DNA of 64,000 nt, taken from NCBI RefSeq assembly GCF_001194135.2, contig NC_068999.1, forward strand, positions 50,177,926 through 50,241,925, read 5' to 3'. Positions within the stretch are counted from its first letter, which is position 1. Each line of letters starts with the position of its first letter. The notes beneath the pieces were generated by a model that did no database searches, was not told the DNA's origin, and saw only the letters and a program-made list of their open reading frames with translations. The stretch comes from Octopus bimaculoides. Its lineage: Eukaryota. The translations under genes and the position numbers were made by a program. Shown piece by piece: positions 37,151 to 49,630 of the stretch.

Positions 37151-38552
37151 TTAAGCAAACTAAAATTGTGGTTGTACTCACATGCATGTATGTCCCCAGT
37201 ATTACATGTCAGCTGATCAATGTTAGTGCCATGTAAAAAAACATGTACCAGTGCTGAGTAAAAAACACCCAGTACACTGGTTGGTATTAGGAGGGCATCA
37301 AACTGTAGAAACCCTGGAAAATCATACCAATGGCATCCAGGCAGCTCCTATGAAACTGTTAAACCCATGTCAGTATAGAAAACAGACATTAAATAATGAT
37401 GATGATGATGATACCACACACATATGATGGGCTGCCACACAGTTTCCAGCAACCAAATTTAACCACAAGGCTCAGTTCAGGGCCGCAGCAGAAGATATTT
37501 ACCCAAGATGCCATGCAGTTGGGACTGACCCTGAAACCACGTGGTTGCAAGCTTCATAACCACACAGCCATGCCTGCAACAGGAAAACACACACAAAAAA
37601 AAAAGAAAAATCTAAGAGTGACCCCCCCCCCAAAAAAAAAATCCTGTTGTCCGAAGAGGACATCAGTCTTAGCCTCTGACCCACAACTTCAAAGAATGAG
37701 AGAAAAAAATAAAAAAATAAAAAAACAAAACAAAAAACATCATAGAAAATACTTTTTTTTTTATTTAAGGCAAATCCAAAGCAAAGTTTATCAAGATTTA
37801 ATGTTCCTCGAATGTAGATTTTTTTAGTATTGTGTTGTTCTCTTTGTTCAGCATGAAAGTTGTAAGTGAGGCTTGAGAAGACTGTCATATATTACATGTA
37901 ATATATATACATATATATAAATTTAAAGGGTAAAGGTTTATCAATTTATTAATTTATTAATAAATCAACAATTAATAATTTTTACCAAGCCCTTCGGTAT
38001 GTAAACACCATTATCAGTGGAAAACTTATTTAAAAGTTCTTATACATTTATAAACATAATTAAGGGATCAGCAAACATTTGCTTCACCACATACCGAAGT
38101 TCAGAAATAGCAGCTAAAAAAGCTGAGACTCCAACATATAGCATTACTTGTAACTCACAAAGGCAAAAACAAGAAGTGGTGAAGCAAATGCTTGCTGATC
38201 CCTTAATTATGTGTATACATACATATATATATCTGTACTATGATGGTTGTCTAATCATTAGTCGGGTATGACTCCCTTCAACAACAAAACTGACAGAATA
38301 ATAAAATAGTGGAATGGTTGTATGGAGATCACTGTGGAACATAGCCTCAGTTACTTTTAAAATATTATTATATACACTGGAATGTTTAACTGCTTTTCCA
38401 TTTTTACAATATATACCAGTCCCCAGTCAAATCGTCCAGCCCATGCTAGCATGGAAAGCGGACGTCAAATGATGATGATGAATTCCAGGCAGTGCTTTGA
38501 ATACATAATATCAACAAAAAAGTAGTTTGGGAATGAGAAGCCAGGGTTGAGT

Positions 38553-39150
38553 TTAAGAGTGAAATTCAGGATTTCTCGGTTTTCTGAGAAGCAATTTTGA
38601 TAAAACTTTTCCCAGTTGGTTTGCACACTATGGCAACACCATTGTTATGTTTTCATTATTCTATGTAATATCCTTTCTCTATTATTTCAGATTCTTCAGT
38701 TTTGGGGTGAACCACACTATTAGCATCTCTCCCCCTCAAAGAACAATGGGATGTAGAAGAGGCCTTCACGATGAAGAAAAGTCTGTAATCATCAAGGAAA
38801 GTGCTGAAGGTGCTTCTCATCATGAAAGGTGAAAGGTTGATGATGTATTTGCCAGCATCCATGGATCTCAACCCTATCGAAAATCTTTGGTCCATCATTA
38901 AACAAGATGTTTATACTGATGGATGCCAATTTACATAGAAAGATGTCTTATGGGCGACCATGGAAGCTGCAGCAGAGGCAGTCCAACCTGCTACTATTAA
39001 GAAATTGACAGATTCTATGACTAAAGGGATTTTGAAGTTATCTGTTGAAATGGCACGCATGTGGCCAAATAATTCATTATGTCAATAAATGTTATAATAT
39101 TATTATGGTTTTCTGTTAAATATATACTCAATGTATGCTTAATATGTACC
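38553..39150 (+). mobile_element. Internally deleted Tc1-like element
   Basis: MGCRRGLHDEEKSVIIKESAEG (N-terminal HTH start) joined to KDVLWATMEAAAEAVQPATIKKLTDSM (Tc1 C-terminus). The left end is repeated in inverted orientation at 39880-40047. Confidence 0.65.
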
Positions 39151-40225
39151 ATTCAAGGGTGGCTCATAGATAAAATTAGTGGGGGTGCTGCTTCAGAAAA
39201 TGTTTAGCTGTTGTTTAATATTGTGTAAAAAGAAACAAACATATAAAAAGAATATGTATACATAAACAGGGTTGGTTTGCGTTTTAGCCACTGCCAGGCA
39301 GCGTGTTTAATTTGTTCACTGAAAACCACCATGAATTCCACCGTTTTCCAAAAGTCCCCCCCCCTCTAAATCACAAAATAAGGAAGGAAAATCTGCCCTA
39401 TTTTTCAAATCCTGGCAGTAACACTAAAGCTGGAAGCAGGATAATCATCTAATTATCACATTCAAGAATATAAACATGTTTTTAAGTACAAAACATGCTG
39501 AGTCATCATCAGCACTGCGTGAACGACAGTGCTTTCTCTCTCTAGCATGAAGCTTCCTATCTCAGACATGTGAGCATGCACACAACAGCCAAACACTGTG
39601 TCGCTGGAACTGTAAAGTGCATAGTTCTATACAAGGATTTTTATATTTTTTTCATAAACTAAGGGATGGCTACTGACATTAAGCTTAAGGATTATATAAT
39701 GTACAAGTATAAAGAAAGAATTCAAGAAAAAAAGACTCATTATATTGAACGTTATCGATAATATCGAGTGGAAATTAGTGGGTGCTGCAGTGCCTATACA
39801 TGAGCTGCCACTGGTACCATTACCCTTCATTATCTGAAGGAAAAAAAAAAAGTCTAGATGGGCTATTTTCATTCGAAAGCTACTAGCATGGTTTACCCCA
39901 AAACTGAAGAATCTGAAATAAAAAAAGAAGGTTACATAGAATAATGAAAACATAATGATTTTGCCATAGTGTGCAGACTAGCTGGGAAAAAGTTTCATCA
40001 AAATCGATTCACAGAAAACAAAGAAATCCTAAATTTCACTCCTAAGCTATTAGTTTAGTTCTGAGTGGATATACGAGTTTCTTTGTTTCCCTCTACCAAA
40101 TCCACTCAGAAAGCCCTGGTCCGCCTGAGACCATGTATGCATGCGTGTGTCTTTGTCTCCTTGATATGCCTCCATATTGCTCAACAACTGGCATTCATTT
40201 ATTTATGTCCCCATAGCTTTGTCGT

Positions 40226-40363
40226 TCAACGAAAGATACGAAAAGCATAATTACGAGATTTCAGAATAATATTGATGCTCAGTTGTTCAACTAAATCCTT
40301 CAAGGCAGGTAATATATTTTGTTCTTCATCTTCAGCAGTTTTAGAGTGAATATGTTTAAAGAC
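40226..40363 (-). CDS. Unrecognised gene A, probable terminal coding exon
   Basis: TTTTTTCTTCATTTTAG acceptor; phase 0 matches the previous exon; encodes VFKHIHSKTAEDEEQNILPALKDLVEQLSINIILKSRNYAFRIFR then TGA; AATAAA about 25 nt downstream. Confidence 0.6.
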   Translation of the reverse strand, partial: VFKHIHSKTAEDEEQNILPALKDLVEQLSINIILKSRNYAFRIFR

Positions 40364-40717
40364 CTAAAATGAAGAAAAAAATAATATATATATTTTATTA
40401 CTTCTACATTTCACAAAAAAGAAAAACAGTCTTTGCTTTTGGTACTTTTTGTTTTTTTGAAGTAGGAAAGAAGAAATAAAGTACTTACAAGCCAAAGACC
40501 ATTGAAATACTGTGAGCTGGGTTATTTCTTTTCATACTTAATAGTTATGGTATGTTTTTTTTCATTTAGCTGTCATAAAAGAAAAGTAATTTTATTATGA
40601 CTGCATTTGTAAGAAGAGGGATTAGTCAGAAAGAAAAAATGAGATGTTTAATAAGTAAATATCAATTAGACAAACTGGTTCATTCATAAATACACTCACA
40701 CAAAGAAGCTTCTACAT

Positions 40718-41037
40718 CAGGTCTGGCCAACCTGAGGCCCAAGGCTGCATGCAAACTTGTATCTTGCAGATCACTTGATGCTTTCTTGAAATTGGCTTAT
40801 TTAAACAAACATTTCAAAAATTTTATCAAAAATTAAAAATTGTAATGAAAAATAAAAAAGAAAGATACCACTGTTTTTGCAACGATAATATTTTATGTTG
40901 AATCAACGATCATTCATTCATTCATTATAATAATAGCAAGAGAAAGCAAAATGTTTTCAATTCTGTCAGTTTACAAGTGGCCCTCAAAAGATTGTAACTG
41001 AAGTGGCCTGCAATGTAATTTAAGTTCACCTGGCCTG
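40718..41037. mobile_element. Charlie-like hAT MITE
   Basis: CAGGTCTGGCCAAC / AAGTTCACCTGGCCTG termini; TSD TTCTACAT / CTCTACAT (7 of 8 match). Confidence 0.75.
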
Positions 41038-42951
41038 CTCTACATATCAACTCAACTTACTAGAAATAGCAGCCAAATCTCCTTCAAATATACCTCTTAA
41101 TATCTTACTGCAGTTCTATATAAATTTTGTCTAAATAAAAGGTGAGTTGGTCATTGTTGGATTGTTTCTCATGATAGATTTGCTTGATCAAACCCGACTT
41201 GAGACAAACAACAACAACAATAATAAACATATATGCACTTACACTTTCATAGTCTTTCACAGTTCACTGGACCAGTGCTTATCTCCAGTTTCCATGGTGA
41301 TAAGTAGATGAAAGCTAAATAAATGTTACAGTGGATAGGACCCAGTCATATCCAAAAGACTTTCCCAGCAGGTGCAACTGAACTCCTACCCACAAACTCA
41401 TACTAAACAAAATTTGCTTTCAGATGGTTTAAACAGAAGGGTGGATCATAGCCCCACAACATTCTCGGTAAGGCTTCTGAAACTAATTGTAGAAAGAGTG
41501 AATGAAACCAAAATTTACAGAACATTGCAATAGGAAGGAATATATCCTAATATCAAGGCATACTCTGACCAGAGTCATGGTCAAGAAGCTTGGAATAGAA
41601 TACAAATGGGCTAAAGACACCCAAGGGACAGGTTGTAGTATTAAATCAATGGTTAGATTTAAGCTTACATACACACACACAACCTTTAATCTAGTGATAA
41701 GAAAATGAGAGACAAATTTAACCCTAGGTAAAAACACTGGTCTATTGCAAGTCATCATCATCTTTTCTATGCCCACCTTTCCATGCAGTGTTTTTGTATT
41801 AAGGTTAGATATGCTCTTCCTGTTGCCAATCTTTTCTTTTTTCCACCCTTTAGCATAACATCCACAGCGATACAGTTTGTGAGTCGGTATGTTTGTCTCC
41901 TTGACTTGACATTGCATGATAGTTGCAAGTGGGTATCTCTGTCACACAAGTAGTGTTATATATTTCCAACATTATGCAAGAACATGTGTGGCCATGGGGA
42001 AATATTACTTTGCTTGGAATCAAGGGTTGGTGACAGGAGGGGTATCAGGCCACAGAAAATCTGCCTCAATAAACTTGTCTGATCCAGACAAGCATGATAG
42101 CGTGCACATTAAAACAATGATGATGATGGGGTCTTTACATAGGTGTCTAATCTGCTAGAAATAGCAGCCAAATTTCCATCAAATCAACTCCCACCTGCAC
42201 CCAAGTGAGAAGATACATAAAATAATGTAGTCCTAGATACAGTATTGGTGACAAACTAGTAGAAACATTTGAACATTGAATAGAAAGGCTTGGTGTTAGG
42301 AAGGGCATCCAGCCATAAAAGCCCTGCCAGGACAGACACAAGTCTGGTGCAGGTTCCTGCCTGGCTGACTCCTGTCAAACTGTCCAGCCCAAGCCAGCAT
42401 GGAAGACAGACATTAAATGATGATAAAGATGATGATATATATATTATACATACATAAATTTACATATATATGTGTGTGCATATATATATATTGCCAGTGC
42501 CCCTGGACTGGCTTGTGTGGGTGGCACATAAAAGACACCATTTCGAGCGTGGCCGTTGCCAGTATCGCCTGACTGGCCTTCGTGCAGGTGACACGTAAAA
42601 GCACCTACTACACTCTCTGGGTGGTTGGCGTTAGGAAGGTTATCCAGCTGTAGAAACTCTGCCAAATTTAGATTGGAGCCTGGTGTTGCCATCCGGTTTC
42701 ACCAGTCCTCAGTCAAATCGTCCAACCCATGCTAGCATGGAAAGCGGACGTTAAACAATGATGATATATATAATTTTTCCATTTACCAACTCCACTCACA
42801 AGTCTTGGTCTACAGAGCTTGGGATTGAAGTAGAAGATATTTTTTGTCCAAGTTGCCATGCAGTGGGACTGAACCTGCAGCCAAATAGTTGTTGAGCAAG
42901 TTTCTACATAGCCATGCATAACTACAACATAAAAATAATAAGAATACTTAC

Positions 42952-43051
42952 TGTTGGTATCGCTTTATAACCCTGCTTAAGCTCTACTTCCAAATCACGT
43001 CGGTAATATTTCACTTCTCCAGCAATTTCAAGTGTACCAATGAGATCAGTC
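42952..43051 (-). CDS. Unrecognised gene A, 100-nt variable coding exon
   Basis: TTTTACAG acceptor and GTAAGT donor; only one frame is open: TDLIGTLEIAGEVKYYRRDLEVELKQGYKAIPT (phase 2 to 0). The paralogous exon keeps the same length, frame and splice sites. Confidence 0.75.
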
Positions 43052-44158
43052 CTGTAAAATGAATTATGAATCTGACAAACACTGGAATCATATTCATCAT
43101 CATTTTAATGCCTGCTTTTTCCATATTAATCAGAGATTTATTGAGGCAGGTTCTTCTACAACTGAATGCTCTCCCTGTCATTAACCCTTCTTTGATTCTG
43201 AATATTATTTTCATTTTTTCTGAATGAGATGCTAATCCATCACAGAGTTAATAATCCCTAAGTACCACTGACAAACATTCTCAGCTGAGTGTGCTGGAAT
43301 AATGTGAAATGAAGTGCCTTGCTCAAGAACACAATGTAATGGCTGGGCTGAGAACTGAACATACAATCCAACAACCATCCTAACTATTAGGCNNNNNNNN
43401 NNNNNNNNNNNNNNNNNNNNNNNNNNNNNNNNNNNNNNNNNNNNNNNNNNNNNNNNNNNNNNNNNNNNNNNNNNNNNNNNNNNNNNNNNNNNNNNNNNNN
43501 NNNNNNNNNNNNNNNNNNNNNNNNNNNNNNNNNNNNNNNNNNNNNNNNNNNNNNNNNNNNNNNNNNNNNNNNNNNNNNNNNNNNNNNNNNNNNNNNNNNN
43601 NNNNNNNNNNNNNNNNNNNNNNNNNNNNNNNNNNNNNNNNNNNNNNNNNNNNNNNNNNNNNNNNNNNNNNNNNNNNNNNNNNNNNNNNNNNNNNNNNNNN
43701 NNNNNNNNNNNNNNNNNNNNNNNNNNNNNNNNNNNNNNNNNNNNNNNNNNNNNNNNNNNNNNNNNNNNNNNNNNNNNNNNNNNNNNNNNNNNNNNNNNNN
43801 NNNNNNNNNNNNNNNNNNNNNNNNNNNNNNNNNNNNNNNNNNNNNNNNNNNNNNNNNNNNNNNNNNNNNNNNNNNNNNNNNNNNNNNNNNNNNNNNNNNN
43901 NNNNNNNNNNNNNNNNNNNNNNNNNNNNNNNNNNNNNNNNNNNNNNNNNNNNNNNNNNNNNNNNNNNNNNNNNNNNNNNNNNNNNNNNNNNNNNNNNNNN
44001 NNNNNNNNNNNNNNNNNNNNNNNNNNNNNNNNNNNNNNNNNNNNNNNNNNNNNNNNNNNNNNNNNNNNNNNNNNNNNNNNNNNNNNNNNNNNNNNNNNNN
44101 NNNNNNNNNNNNNNNNNNNNNNNNNNNNNNNNNNNNNNNNNNNNNNNNNNNNNNNNNN

Positions 44159-44197
<39 letters not shown>

Positions 44198-44428
44198 CTG
44201 TGTGTGTTTGTATTTGTCCACCACCACTGCTTGAAATAAGAAATAAGATAGATAATGGTGAATTAAACAAAAATAACAAAAAGACAAAAAGCAGCAAAGA
44301 AGGTAGAGATACAGCAATTAACAAAGAAAGAAGTGAAGGAATGCAAAGAAGGAAGGAAGGAAGCTGGAAGGATGCAAAAAAGCAAACAAGCGAAAAAAAA
44401 AGGGAAGATGTATATATTTAAGAGTTAC

Positions 44429-44462
44429 CAGAATCAAATGAATAATAGGAACGGCCAGCCAT
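44429..44462 (-). CDS. Unrecognised gene A, first coding exon (whole exon 44429-44482), MAGRSYYSFDS
   Basis: Strong pyrimidine tract plus CAG acceptor; upstream in-frame stop; GTGATGG start context; GTAACT donor (phase 1). The coding sequence is identical in the inverted copy at 56556-56589. Confidence 0.6.
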
Positions 44463-44584
44463 CACACAGGTCTATTAATGAGCTGATTGGGGAAAAAAAC
44501 AAATACAATATAAGTCAATAAGCACAAAAAGAAGACAACACAGGAGGGAGATGTTTTAACAAAGGGATAGACATTATTCTAACT

Positions 44585-44815
44585 CAGTGGTTCTCAAACA
44601 TTTTTCATCTGTGAACCCTTTTGGTACTTATTTTATTTGGATAGACCACCATAGCCATTCGATGTGTGTAAAAAAGAAGATCCAAATGTATTTTTATAAA
44701 ATATTATTAGGGATTATATAAAAAAAATATTTTGTGTATAGTAGAAGTACAGCCAATTTATTGCAGATAAATTTTAACAAGAAAACCTTATATGGATCCT
44801 GTTTGAGAACCCCTG
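44585..44815. mobile_element. hAT-type MITE
   Basis: CAGTGGTTCTCAAAC / GTTTGAGAACCCCTG TIRs; TSD not recognisable. Confidence 0.65.
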
Positions 44816-46547
44816 ACCTGTTTCAATACAGTTTCAACAATAATAGTTTGTATATATACACATAGTATTATATATATATATATATATCATCTGTATGTAT
44901 ACATACATGCATGTCTCGTTTCTGTTTTTTTCGTTGTTCGAAAAAAGTTCGTTTTTTGTCCTCGTCTTTATGTTTTCGTTTCTCATTGTGTTTAACGTTT
45001 TCTGTGATGTCCTGTACCCATATATGCATGTATGTATACATATAGATGTCAGTATGTACATACATGTATGGATATTTGCATATAATTATATATTATATAT
45101 GTTATTATATGATCGAACGCCACGCACTGTCTCCAAAACACGAGGCAGCTTTCTTTACTCATAACTTTTACAAAAATGGGTCATTTTTAATGAAATTTTC
45201 CATAAATATCTGGCATAACTACAGAGTTGTAAGCTCTATAAGTGAGGAATACGTACACCCAGTGTTTCGGGTTAGGGTTTTTATTACGCCGAAAACGGGT
45301 GGTATCCGTATTCTTTACCTTCGCTCAATTTTCTACAAATACTTTACAGGATGTGTAAATTACGAGTATATTGAAATTTGAATGTGTAAAGGAAAACAGT
45401 GAGCACTTACATACTGACACTCCTCAATTTATTTCGAAATTTCAACTACCATTTTGAATATAGGATGTGTTGCTATGTATGTGTACGAGCCCACTAATTT
45501 TCTATTTTCATATTAAGTTTAAATTTCGATATTATCTTAATCTACATAATCTGAAAGGTATTTGGCATAACTAGAGTTGTACGCCCCAGACTTTGGAAGG
45601 TCATAACTTTAAGAAAAATGAATATTTTTAAATGAAATTTTCTATGCATATAGTATTTATTATGTAGATTCCGAATATACAAACATTTCCGGTGAAAGTG
45701 TTTTGGAATGGGGATGGGGGACAATTTTCGGAAATTCCAACACAGTCCACTTAAATTCTTCTTAACTTCCAGGAAAATTAATATTTTTTCGTGAAATTTT
45801 CTACAAATATACCTTGATATGGCATATATATANNNNNNNNNNNNNNNNNNNNNNNNNNNNNNNNNNNNNNNNNNNNNNNNNNNNNNNNNNNNNNNNNNNN
45901 NNNNNNNNNNNNNNNNNNNNNNNNNNNNNNNNNNNNNNNNNNNNNNNNNNNNNNNNNNNNNNNNNNNNNNNNNNNNNNNNNNNNNNNNNNNNNNNNNNNN
46001 NNNNNNNNNNNNNNNNNNNNNNNNNNNNNNNNNNNNNNNNNNNNNNNNNNNNNNNNNNNNNNNNNNNNNNNNNNNNNNNNNNNNNNNNNNNNNNNNNNNN
46101 NNNNNNNNNNNNNNNNNNNNNNNNNNNNNNNNNNNNNNNNNNNNNNNNNNNNNNNNNNNNNNNNNNNNNNNNNNNNNNNNNNNNNNNNNNNNNNNNNNNN
46201 NNNNNNNNNNNNNNNNNNNNNNNNNNNNNNNNNNNNNNNNNNNNNNNNNNNNNNNNNNNNNNNNNNNNNNNNNNNNNNNNNNNNNNNNNNNNNNNNNNNN
46301 NATATATATATATATAAGATAAACAAGAGTGAAATATACATCCAACTACGTGCATCCACATACCAACTTTCTCACACCTTTATATATATATATATATATG
46401 TGTGTGTGTATGTATATATAACAAGCGCACGTGATTATATGCATGTATATGTACTGCTTACTCGTATCTAGTAATAAATTATACGATTCAAAACCTTTAT
46501 GCAGCTGTGTTTTTTGTAGAAATAAAAGAAGTGATAATACACGATAC

Positions 46548-46650
46548 CTGTCCAAAGAACGACCAGCATCAAGCGACCACCGGATGCTTAATTGCCACTG
46601 TGCTCTGTGACGAGCTGAGGGAGGAGGAGCGAAAGGGCCACTCGATGGCT
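46548..46650 (-). other. Unrecognised gene A, non-coding exon 1 (5' boundary approximate)
   Basis: CTTTGGACAG|GTATCG donor. The exon and the following about 110 nt of intron align in inverted orientation with 53300-53560. Confidence 0.55.
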
Positions 46651-48909
46651 ACTTGTAAGTGGTGGAGGTGAGAGATGCTAAAGCAGGCGCAAGACGATAG
46701 TGAGAAAAGAGTAAAGTAACAAATGAATATGAAATTAAATATTTATCATCATTTTCACACACTATGAGGCATATATATTACATAGAATAAAATTTCATCG
46801 ATCCAAAAAATGTAATTAAACATATGCGCGCGCAAACACATTTCTGCATTCACACACACGCATATGTATGCCCTTACATAGATGTACATATGTATTATTT
46901 CTTTACTACGCACAAGGGGCTACACACAGAGGGGACAAACAGATTAAGTCGATCATATCGACGCCAGTGCATAACTGGTACTTATTTAATCGACCCCGAA
47001 AGGATGAAAGGCAAAGTCGACCTCGGCGGAATTTGAACTCAGAATGTAGCGGCAGACGAAATACCGGTAAGCATTTCGCCCGGCGTGCTAACCACTCTGC
47101 CAGCTCGTATATATGTCCCAACAGAGTGGTTAGATGTGTATCATGGTAAACAGAGGCAAAAGGAATGTGTATGCCTTTGAAGATTGTTTTCAGAATAGGA
47201 AACGGCGTAGGAGTAGTTTTGTGGTAAGTAGCTTGTTTACGAACCACATGGTTCCGGGTTCAGTCCCACTGCGTGGCACCTTGGGCAAGTGTCTTCCACT
47301 ATAGCCTCGGGTCGACCAAAGCTTTGTGAGTGGATTTGGTAGACGGAAACTGAAAGAAGCCCGTTGTATTTATGTATGTATATNNNNNNNNNNNNNNNNN
47401 NNNNNNNNNNNNNNNNNNNNNNNNNNNNNNNNTATATATATATATATATATGTCTGTGTGTTTGTGTGTCTGTTCCCCCACCATCGCTTGACAACCGATG
47501 CTGGTGTGTACACGTCCCCGTAACTTAGCGGTTCGGCAAAAAGAGGCCAATAGAATAAGTACTAGGCTTACAAAGAATAAGTCCTGGGGGCGATTTATTC
47601 GACTAAAGGCGGTGCTCCAGCATGGCCGCAGTCAAATGACGGAAACAAGTAAAAGAGTAAAAGAATAACACAAGAGATTGCCATCCTAATCTAATGTTAC
47701 TATTAATAACAGTACTACCCACTGTTCACTTTAATCTGAATGTATACCTCACAGCTCCATGGCAACTCTACCATCTGTAAATAAAACAAAATTATGAATA
47801 CATGAAACCCTGAATTATTCCATTATTCTCAGCACGAGAGACTATACATATGCAGTGACTGTAAATTCGCCCATTTACCTGGAATGAGACGCACACTCCA
47901 TAAAGCAATGTCAGCCAACTGCAAGCAAGACATCTTACTCTACCACTACCATTAAATGCTAAATCACACTCAATAATTTCTACACATGTAACCTGGAATC
48001 CTAAAATCTGTTGCCATTCCCAACACAATAGATTATATATGATGTGTGACTGTCCCTTCAATCATCTTTCAGAGACTCGACGCACTAGTAAAAACATGAC
48101 ACCAAACCACCACTAAATCCGCAATAAAAATTTCCCTTACAATGGCCATGTTGGTGCAGACTTTCATTGAAACCCAGAGAGTCACCCAGATACACAGGGT
48201 ACAATAGTAAAATCAACAGCTGTAAACCGTATAACTATAACCATATTCAACAGTACAACTACATCAACTCCAGACAACAGCTCCTTCCAAAACAAAAAAA
48301 ACAAAAAATTTAGCTATGATGAATTAGGCAAAAGAAGTAATAAAAAAAAAAAAGACTTCTTATTCTCACACTGCACCAAACACTGCTATTGCCCCCGTGC
48401 ACAACCACACCACTGTTGCCATTAATCCACAAAATCAGCTCTACAATATGCTGAACGTACAAGGTCTTTTGCACTTCGCAAATTGAACAGATGTATCATA
48501 TCTGCCAGTAAAACCCAAAATTACCTTCAATATTTTTTTTATAATTTGACCCACTTATTGGTGAGTCATGTTTCAAACAGCCTGCATTACGAAAGAAGGT
48601 TGCCCACACCAGTTTTAGACAATGTAACCTTATATGCAGATAAATAATTTCCTTCCTTCGATTCACTCATTGATCAGGGTTGATCTAGGACTGATATATG
48701 CTATGAACCACCCTAGGCAATAAACAGCGCTTATATTCTTTCTACTCAAATAACAGCTGGTCCCCGATCTTCCTATTTTGTTACATTGTTGTAATTAAAG
48801 CTTTTTTTACCTCATGTTACCACTTAATATTGAATTCCTTATTTAGTGTGTATGTGTGTGCGTGCGTGTATACATAAAGATACACATATCCAATCATTCA
48901 CACATGTAC

Positions 48910-49235
48910 ATCATCATCGTCGTTTAACGTCCGCTTTCCATGCTAGCATGGGTTGGACGATTTGACTGAGGACTGATGAAACCGGATGGCAACACCAGCC
49001 TCCAATCTGATTTGGCAGAGTTTCTACAGCTGGATGCCCTTCCTAACGCCAACCACTCAGAGAGTGTAGTGGGTGCTTTTACGTGTCACCCGCACGAAGG
49101 CCAGTCAGGCGGTACTGGCAACGGCCACGCTCAAAATGGTGTATTTTATGTGCCACCCGCACAAGAGCCAGTCCAGGGGCACTGGCAACGATCTCGCTCG
49201 AAAATCCTACGACGGCCAATCAGGCGGTACTGGTA
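48910..49235 (-). mobile_element. SINE/LINE-tail repeat family ending in (GAT)n; other copies at 1-190, 31180-31410, 34820-35180, 42490-42765
   Basis: Shared GGATGCCCTTCCTAACGCCAACCACTC...GTGCCAC core and CATCATCAT tail. Confidence 0.8.
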
Positions 49236-49304
49236 CATATATACACATAACTGGGCCTCTCTATATCCATATATATATATATACCTCAATGTGTATATAC
49301 ATAT

Positions 49305-49630
49305 ATAGGGGTAGACAAAATAATGGAAACACCTTAAAATTTCAAACAAATTTATTCTAATATGGAACTGGACCGCCTTTGGCAGTAATTACAGCTTGAA
49401 TTCTATGAGGTATGGACTCGTAGAAAGTTTGATTTGTTTCCAAAAGAATTTTTGTTCATTCTTCAGCTAAAACAGTCTCCAGTTCTTGTAGTGATGATGC
49501 TGGAGGATATCGACTCCTTATTTTTTCTAAAATGCACCATAAATGTTCAATAATATTGAGATCTAGGGATTGTGGTGGCCAGATAAGATGTTCAACTTCA
49601 CTAGAATGTTCCTCATGCTATTCAGTAACA
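49305..49630 (-). mobile_element. Tc1 transposase C-terminal fragment with terminal repeat
   Basis: VEHLIWPPQSLDLNIIEHLWCIL...ESIPHRIQAVITAKGGPVPY* (WPxxSPDLNxIE motif); TA-flanked end AGGGGTAGACAAAATAATGGAAACACC. Confidence 0.85.

Noticed and set aside
41243-41480. Candidate extra gene A exon ending at a GTAAGT donor near 41242
   Set aside because: All frames from the nearest acceptors hit stops. The plus strand shows only a weak transposon-like remnant (QWIGPSHIQKTFPAGATEL).
43011-43214. ORF MKIIFRIKEGLMTGRAF... and its twin at 57763-57966
   Set aside because: Mostly intron of the duplicated genes, read in a frame that stops within the variable exon. The real exon uses another frame bounded by splice sites.
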